A DNA stretch of 20,000 nucleotides from an uncultured virus (IMG/VR IMGVR_UViG_3300044845_000975) (taxonomy: Duplodnaviria; Heunggongvirae; Uroviricota; Caudoviricetes), in the IMG/VR virus record IMGVR_UViG_3300044845_000975; one strand, written 5' to 3'. The notes beneath the pieces were generated by a model. It saw only the letters and a program-made list of their open reading frames with translations, was not told where the DNA came from and did not search any database. Positions 15,503 through 20,000 of the stretch are shown here, one piece after another. The position numbers and the translations under genes were made by a program. How positions within the stretch are numbered: the first letter of the stretch is position 1; each line of letters opens with the position of its first letter.

Positions 15503-15661
15503 TTAATGCCTTTCAATCCACTTGTCAACAAAGTTTTCCGCTTCTTCTTCCGTGTCGAAAGAATAAACTTCTAGCGCATTATCGTTTTCATCAGTTTCGC
15601 GGACATCCCATTTCAGAGTCTCGTCGTTAAATTCAGGGCAGAGGTCAAGCAGGATTTCCAT
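15503..15661 (-). CDS. Small highly acidic protein (52 aa, not in ORF track)
   Basis: MEILLDLCPEFNDETLKWDVRETDENDNALEVYSFDTEEEAENFVDKWIERH; 33/52 identical to 13682-13852. Confidence 0.85.
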   Translation of the reverse strand: MEILLDLCPEFNDETLKWDVRETDENDNALEVYSFDTEEEAENFVDKWIERH

Positions 15662-15665
15662 AGTG

Positions 15666-15971
15666 TTATTTAAGATACGCCATTCCGTAAGGGCCGCAAC
15701 CAGAAAGCGCGTCCTGATTAAAAATATTTCCGCGAGCGTGCATGGCTGGCGCTTTCCAGCTTGCTGCTTTCAGCAAGTCTCCATTGCTCAAGTCAATGAA
15801 ACCATAAGCACTAGTATTAGAACCATCTTTTTTAATGATTCGCGCAAAGCGTTTTCCCATAGAGATTTCTACTTTAGGCGCTGGCAATGTTGGGAATGTT
15901 TTGTTGTGATGCTTCTCAAGCATATCTTGAAGAGAGGCACAAAATGTTTCGATTTGTTTGGTGATGTCCAT
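15666..15971 (-). CDS. Conserved small phage protein (KAASWKAPA family)
   Basis: SAYGFID..NGDLLKAASWKAPAMHARGNI; promoter TTGATT-N16-TATCTT 5 nt before ATG 15971. Confidence 0.8.
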   Translation of the reverse strand: MDITKQIETFCASLQDMLEKHHNKTFPTLPAPKVEISMGKRFARIIKKDGSNTSAYGFIDLSNGDLLKAASWKAPAMHARGNIFNQDALSGCGPYGMAYLK

Positions 15972-16030
15972 GGGATAAGATAGCAGAAAGTGAGAATGAA
16001 TCAACTCTTTTTTATCTATTTTTATTTGCT

Positions 16031-16077
16031 TAGGAGGTTTACCTAACCAAGGCGGCCCTGGGTAGGTATTTTACCTA
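16031..16077. repeat. 47-bp palindromic element, copy 2
   Basis: TAGGaggtttaCCTA-accaaggcggccctggg-TAGGtattttaCCTA. Confidence 0.95.
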
Positions 16078-16092
16078 GGGACAAGACATAAG

Positions 16093-16114
16093 AAAAGGGG
16101 CGGTTTCCCGCCCC
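16093..16114 (-). terminator. Rho-independent terminator
   Basis: Minus strand: GGGGCGG-GAAA-CCGCCCC-TTTT. Confidence 0.85.
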
Positions 16115-16128
16115 CGTAGGGATTTTGT

Positions 16129-16899
16129 TTAAGCTTCCATCATTAGCTCACTTTTGTCGATTTCCGTTTGAATCACTGAGTTGTGCCCAGCGCGAGCATC
16201 AAAGATGCTCTGCATGGTCATCGTTCGGGCGGGCAGCTTGCTAAGGTCGCCACCTTTGAGGCATTCAGTAACGCCATTGTAAAGGCTCCATAGAGTGTGC
16301 CCGTTGAATTCGGGATGATTAGGCGTGCGAAACTGCTGCATGATGGGGTAAACTTCGCGGGCGGGGATTGCCTTAGCGTCTGCCAGTGACATGATGAGGC
16401 CCGCCGCTTCATCTTCAACAAGTTCGATTGTCTTATAGTTATCAATGCGGTTAGTCATGTCCGAGAAGTGAGAGACACAACGGCCAACAGCTTCCGACAG
16501 CACCCGCGCAATGTCGCGCAAGATGTTTGTCGTGTGCTTGCGGGCAAGCTTGATGTCAGAAGAGAAGCAAAGATTTTCACACACAAGCATTCGATTTCCG
16601 ATGCAAATGCTGGCAGCAAAGCTCTTGTCGTGCGCGTTGCGCAGGCCAAGCACTAGTTCACGGTCGGTGGCATTGACATCTTTCCCGACGATTGAGAAGC
16701 CGCCAAAATAGCGTTGGCCCATGCGGGCGAGCGCGTGTTCCTCTTCTTTGATTGAAAAGCCAGCGCGGGCGATTGCTTCGCGCATCTGGTCAACAAGAAG
16801 AGCATGGCCGATGGGCTGGAAGCTTTCCGTGGCGGCAGGGGTAGCGACGGTCAAGAGTTGTTCAGCGGATACTTTGTTTTTTGCGATGAGGAGTGACAT
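16129..16899 (-). CDS. DUF932-family protein
   Basis: LRNAHDKS..IGNRMLVCENLCF..RKHT and TLWSLYNGVTE; promoter TTGACT-N16-TATCTT upstream. Confidence 0.8.
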   Translation of the reverse strand: MSLLIAKNKVSAEQLLTVATPAATESFQPIGHALLVDQMREAIARAGFSIKEEEHALARMGQRYFGGFSIVGKDVNATDRELVLGLRNAHDKSFAASICIGNRMLVCENLCFSSDIKLARKHTTNILRDIARVLSEAVGRCVSHFSDMTNRIDNYKTIELVEDEAAGLIMSLADAKAIPAREVYPIMQQFRTPNHPEFNGHTLWSLYNGVTECLKGGDLSKLPARTMTMQSIFDARAGHNSVIQTEIDKSELMMEA

Positions 16900-17008
16900 G
16901 ATTTTTTTGTTTTCTATTTGGTTCGTTGGTTTCTTTAACGTGCATAAGATAACAGAAAGGAAACAAAAGTCAACAGTGAACAGCGTTTTTTCTGCATTTT
17001 TATTTGCT

Positions 17009-17055
17009 TAGGTGTTTTACCTATCCAGGGCGGCCCTGGGTAGGTATTTTCCCTA
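17009..17055. repeat. 47-bp palindromic element, copy 3
   Basis: TAGGtgttttaCCTA-tccagggcggccctggg-TAGGtattttcCCTA. Confidence 0.95.
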
Positions 17056-17068
17056 GGGCTAACTTAAG

Positions 17069-17096
17069 AAAAAGAGGGCGGATCACTCCGCCCCCC
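17069..17096 (-). terminator. Rho-independent terminator
   Basis: Minus strand: GGGCGGA-GTGA-TCCGCCC-TCTTTTT. Confidence 0.8.
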
Positions 17097-17163
17097 TAGG
17101 TGATTTAGCTAATTCGTCTGAGCGCGGCGATTACAGCCACTAAGAAGATGACTAGTATTTCCA

Positions 17164-17796
17164 TTAGTGCTTAGGGTAAAAGACTACGGGTTGATTCTTA
17201 TCCCAGCAAGCGCGGCAAGGGCCGCACACTCCGCCTTGCTTGTAGGCGGGGCAGGTAACTTTCTCAGGGTTACTAGTAACGCCCGACATAGTAACGCCCG
17301 CACGTTCAGCCGCGCCCGTAGGCAATGGCCCATCCATCATATAGGCAGAAAGCCTAACTGTCAAATTCTCAGGAAAGCTGCCATGCTTAAGAACATAGGC
17401 ATTAACCGTAGCATATTCCCTAGTTGGAATCCAGTGGCGCACGTCAGAAGTTTTCTTACATACGGCAACGATATTCTCTAGATGTTCGAGGGATTGAATG
17501 TCTCCCGAATCATGCCAGCGGAAAACATTAATTCCCGATTGCATGATTTGAAAAGCCATCGCTTCAACCCACAGGGGATGAGAAAGACTTTCAAGACGAC
17601 GTTGCAAAGCACGCTTCACATTGCCAAACACATAACGCCCCTTTAGAGCGTAGCATTTAGAGCAGATGGAGCCAGCAACGGCACGAAGCTTACTGCCGAC
17701 AAGGCAAGCCTGCGCGGGGATGGAATAGGCAAACCCTGGCATTTTAGATGGCTTAGACAAGCCGCCAGTGATTTCTTTAGCAAGTAGTGGAGTCAT
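17164..17796 (-). CDS. GP88-like Cys-rich (putative Fe-S) phage protein
   Basis: LSKPSKMPG..C..GS.CSKCYALKG.Y, FRWHDSGD, HWIPTRE, NLTVRLS, CPA..CGPCRACW. Confidence 0.8.
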   Translation of the reverse strand: MTPLLAKEITGGLSKPSKMPGFAYSIPAQACLVGSKLRAVAGSICSKCYALKGRYVFGNVKRALQRRLESLSHPLWVEAMAFQIMQSGINVFRWHDSGDIQSLEHLENIVAVCKKTSDVRHWIPTREYATVNAYVLKHGSFPENLTVRLSAYMMDGPLPTGAAERAGVTMSGVTSNPEKVTCPAYKQGGVCGPCRACWDKNQPVVFYPKH

Positions 17797-17814
17797 GGTT
17801 TACAGGTTAGCAGA

Positions 17815-18054
17815 TTAATCTTCAAAGTCAATACCCATGGAACGCAATTCGCGCCCCACGTTAGCGAGTGAAACAAGATGTTCTTTTGAATCCTCGCCCT
17901 CGTCTTCACCATAAGCAAAGTCAAAAGCAGAAAACACCGTGTCGGCGTCTAGTTTGAGCGCATCAAAAGCGGGTGCTAGTGCTTCACGGTTATTATTCAT
18001 CATCCAATCAACTAGGTTAACTAGGACATCAATGGCTTGTGTTTGTTTTTTCAT
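17815..18054 (-). CDS. Acidic hypothetical protein
   Basis: 79 aa; promoter TTGCGC-N16-TAATAT upstream. Confidence 0.7.
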   Translation of the reverse strand: MKKQTQAIDVLVNLVDWMMNNNREALAPAFDALKLDADTVFSAFDFAYGEDEGEDSKEHLVSLANVGRELRSMGIDFED

Positions 18055-18220
18055 AGGCGAGTAGATATTAACACAGGAGAAAAGAAGCGCAACTCTTTTT
18101 GTGCATTTTTTAATCTTTTTTTATTCTCAGGACTTGGCACGGCTCTTGCTAGGGGAAAGCGTGTCAAATGATTTATTTATTTATTTTTTCGCTTGACAAG
18201 GGAGGCTTAGGGATTTCGCC

Positions 18221-18267
18221 TAGGAGTTTTACCTACCCAGGGCCGCCTTGGGTAGGTATCCTCCCTA
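18221..18267. repeat. 47-bp palindromic element, copy 4
   Basis: TAGGagttttaCCTA-cccagggccgccttggg-TAGGtatcctcCCTA; extra TAGG-N7-CCTA box at 18208-18222. Confidence 0.95.
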
Positions 18268-18356
18268 GTCCCCCCACCTAGGGTAAGCCGCTGCTTTTCA
18301 GCTTTGGTCGAGGCATGGAGCCTCTTGTCCCCTAGGCGAGAGAAAATCAGGAAAGT

Positions 18357-18527
18357 TTAGAGCAAGTCAAAAATGTAATCAGGCTCTAGCCCAAATTCTT
18401 CAAGAAGAATTTCTTCAGGGTCTTCACCGTCATGGACGCGAGCGCGAGCTTCTTTCAATGCTCTACGCGCTTCTTCAACGGTATAATTGTCACGGCGGAT
18501 AAGGATTTTTTCAACGGTGGTCATCAT
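18357..18527 (-). CDS. Small phage protein with GLEPDY motif (56 aa, not in ORF track)
   Basis: MMTTVEKILIRRDNYTVEEARRALKEARARVHDGEDPEEILLEEFGLEPDYIFDLL; promoter TTGCCT-N17-TATCTT 7 nt upstream. Confidence 0.8.
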   Translation of the reverse strand: MMTTVEKILIRRDNYTVEEARRALKEARARVHDGEDPEEILLEEFGLEPDYIFDLL

Positions 18528-18548
18528 GGCTTATAAGATAACAGATTT

Positions 18549-18689
18549 TTATTCTTCAGGCAAGTCTTTTTTGCTGTTTTTTCGCGAATAATCTTTTGCG
18601 CTCTTATGTTTCTGTGGCGGCGGTGGGAGGTCTTTGCGAATTTTCTTTTTTAATTCGCGGTCATGTAGTGTGCCGATATTGATTTTCAT
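18549..18689 (-). CDS. Small basic protein (46 aa, not in ORF track)
   Basis: MKINIGTLHDRELKKKIRKDLPPPPQKHKSAKDYSRKNSKKDLPEE; ATGA overlap with upstream gene. Confidence 0.6.
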   Translation of the reverse strand: MKINIGTLHDRELKKKIRKDLPPPPQKHKSAKDYSRKNSKKDLPEE

Positions 18690-18877
18690 TGTTTTTCGCG
18701 GGAATAGATTTTTTCGATGTAGTCCCTAGCCTCTGGCACAAAAACAATTAAGTTTTCAAGTAAGCCTTTGAAGTAGGCGCGGTCATAAATCATTTGCACT
18801 TCATGCGTCATGGCTGGACGATCAATGCTTGAGAGTTTAATCAAGAGATTAGCAGCGGTTTCGAATGTGTGGTTCAT
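18686..18877 (-). CDS. Hypothetical protein
   Basis: 63 aa; TACAAT 6 nt before ATG. Confidence 0.7.
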   Translation of the reverse strand: MNHTFETAANLLIKLSSIDRPAMTHEVQMIYDRAYFKGLLENLIVFVPEARDYIEKIYSREKQ

Positions 18878-18899
18878 AGTATTATTGTATCGAGTTTAC

Positions 18900-19046
18900 T
18901 TACTTGGTGTTCAAGATTGTCGCTTCTCTCCTATACCATACAGAGCGATAAGAAACTTCCTTAGCCATTGCTTCATTAGCATAAACGCCGATGATCTCAC
19001 AATCACGTTCATCATATACTACCCAAACTGTTTGTTGTTCTTTCAT
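18900..19046 (-). CDS. Small hypothetical protein (48 aa, not in ORF track)
   Basis: MKEQQTVWVVYDERDCEIIGVYANEAMAKEVSYRSVWYRREATILNTK; TTGCAG-N16-TAAAAT 6 nt before ATG. Confidence 0.7.
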   Translation of the reverse strand: MKEQQTVWVVYDERDCEIIGVYANEAMAKEVSYRSVWYRREATILNTK

Positions 19047-19067
19047 GCTATTATTTTATCGAGTTTT

Positions 19068-19274
19068 CTACCATCTGCAATCATTATAACCTTGTTCGTA
19101 AAAGTATTTTTTTAATTCGCGCCAGAAATCGCCATCGCTTTCTGTTGAATCCCACCAGAAAGCATCGCGCCTATCTTTACTTTCGATAATTGTTTTATCT
19201 GTTTCTTCACAATACTTAACGGTAAAATCGTAAGCTGCTGCGGCTTGAATGAATGCTGGATTGATTTCTTTCAC
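19068..19274 (-). CDS. Hypothetical protein
   Basis: 68 aa, GTG start; TTGCAC-N16-TAAAAT 6 nt upstream. Confidence 0.72.
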   Translation of the reverse strand: MKEINPAFIQAAAAYDFTVKYCEETDKTIIESKDRRDAFWWDSTESDGDFWRELKKYFYEQGYNDCRW

Positions 19275-19401
19275 GCCTATATTTTAACACTTTTTTTTCT
19301 GTGTGCAAGTATAAAATAGCAAATTCGAAACGCTTTAATAGTAAATAGTGTGTTTTAGGGTTTTTTCTTAGGGAAAAGTAAGAATTCTACCTAAGAGAGC
19401 C

Positions 19402-19448
19402 TAGGAGTTTTACCTATCCAGGGCCGCCCTGGGTAGGTATCTTCCCTA
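19402..19448. repeat. 47-bp palindromic element, copy 5
   Basis: TAGGagttttaCCTA-tccagggccgccctggg-TAGGtatcttcCCTA. Confidence 0.95.
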
Positions 19449-19504
19449 GGGGGATGGAGTAGGGAGGAACACGCACCAGAAAAACCTCCCTACCCCCTTT
19501 CCGC

Positions 19505-19738
19505 CTACAACCTAACGAATAGGCTAGAAATTTTTTCTGAAATTGTTTTGACTTTTTTCTTGATTATTTGGTTGCTAGCAATTTTGATTTGTTTTTGAGG
19601 ATACGGGCCTTTTAATTTTAAGAGTCTCAGATTCAGGGGAGTGATTTCGTTCACTGGCTTGGAGAAACTTTTGCCAGTGTGCAAGAGATATTCCCAAGCG
19701 GCGTTTGCTTGTGTCACGGATGTTTCGAGGCGATGCAT
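19505..19738 (-). CDS. Hypothetical basic protein
   Basis: 77 aa ORF with A-rich leader after the tRNA-like RNA; no recognisable motif. Confidence 0.4.
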   Translation of the reverse strand: MHRLETSVTQANAAWEYLLHTGKSFSKPVNEITPLNLRLLKLKGPYPQKQIKIASNQIIKKKVKTISEKISSLFVRL

Positions 19739-19758
19739 ATTTTTTATTGATTAAAAAG

Positions 19759-19896
19759 TGGTGAGCGCGGCAGGATTTGAACCTGCAAAGATTTGGAACC
19801 CGATCCACAGGGAGTCTGCATCTTGCCTGCCGTCTAACTGCAAGCCTTCATTGCTACTCTTTATCCTGTTGCGTCTTTACATTTCGCCACGCGCTC
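19759..19896 (-). ncRNA. tRNA-like RNA (Leu-type frame) with 53-nt structured anticodon region
   Basis: Acceptor GAGCGCG/CGCGCTC-A-CCA, D-stem GCG/CGC, stem ACAGG/CCTGT, long variable region, T-arm GCAGG-TTCAAAT-CCTGC. Confidence 0.8.
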
Positions 19897-19904
19897 AAAT
19901 TGTT

Positions 19905-20000
19905 TTACTGCCAAGCAAGTTCAAGACCTGCAATGTGCAAGGAACGATATTTTTCTTCGTTGTTGTCGTCGTGGTCAACCACTTTGGCAGTGATGTAAGT
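19905..20000 (-). CDS. 3' end of a hypothetical protein (start outside window)
   Basis: ...TYITAKVVDHDDNNEEKYRSLHIAGLELAWQ*; stop 8 nt before the tRNA-like RNA. Confidence 0.55.
   Translation of the reverse strand, partial: TYITAKVVDHDDNNEEKYRSLHIAGLELAWQ

Noticed and set aside
15409..19448. Repeats as a CRISPR array or chromosomal integron
   Set aside because: The intervals are 0.6-1.2 kb and contain genes with their own promoters; no cas or intI gene in the window and no attC consensus core.
19759..19896. tmRNA or self-splicing-intron tRNA
   Set aside because: No G3:U70 or tag ORF, and the insert is far too short for a group I/II intron.
19575..19998. ORFs 19575-19808 (-) and 19777-19998 (+)
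   Set aside because: They overlap the tRNA-like RNA, whose paired stems explain the sequence better.

Overview
This window looks like part of a large dsDNA bacteriophage genome (inferred: dense small ORFs, no host housekeeping operons). Recognisable genes are rIIB, a PA14-domain protein, an M15 peptidase (probable endolysin), adenylylsulfate kinase (cysC), a RuvB-like ATPase, a DUF932 protein, a GP88-like Cys-rich protein and three tRNAs. Positions ~150-15270 are transcribed on +, and ~15470-20000 on -. Many genes have their own TTGACA-N16-TAnnnT promoter 5-9 nt upstream of the start codon, implying leaderless mRNAs. The most striking feature is in the minus-strand block: five copies of a 47-bp element, [TAGG-N7-CCTA]-(17-bp GC-rich palindrome)-[TAGG-N7-CCTA], divide it into promoter-gene(s)-terminator modules. 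The central palindrome occurs in both orientations, and the array starts ~280 bp after the ruvB-like gene. A 138-nt tRNA-shaped RNA with a 53-nt structured insert replacing the anticodon loop lies at 19759-19896. All family calls are by motif recognition, not database search.
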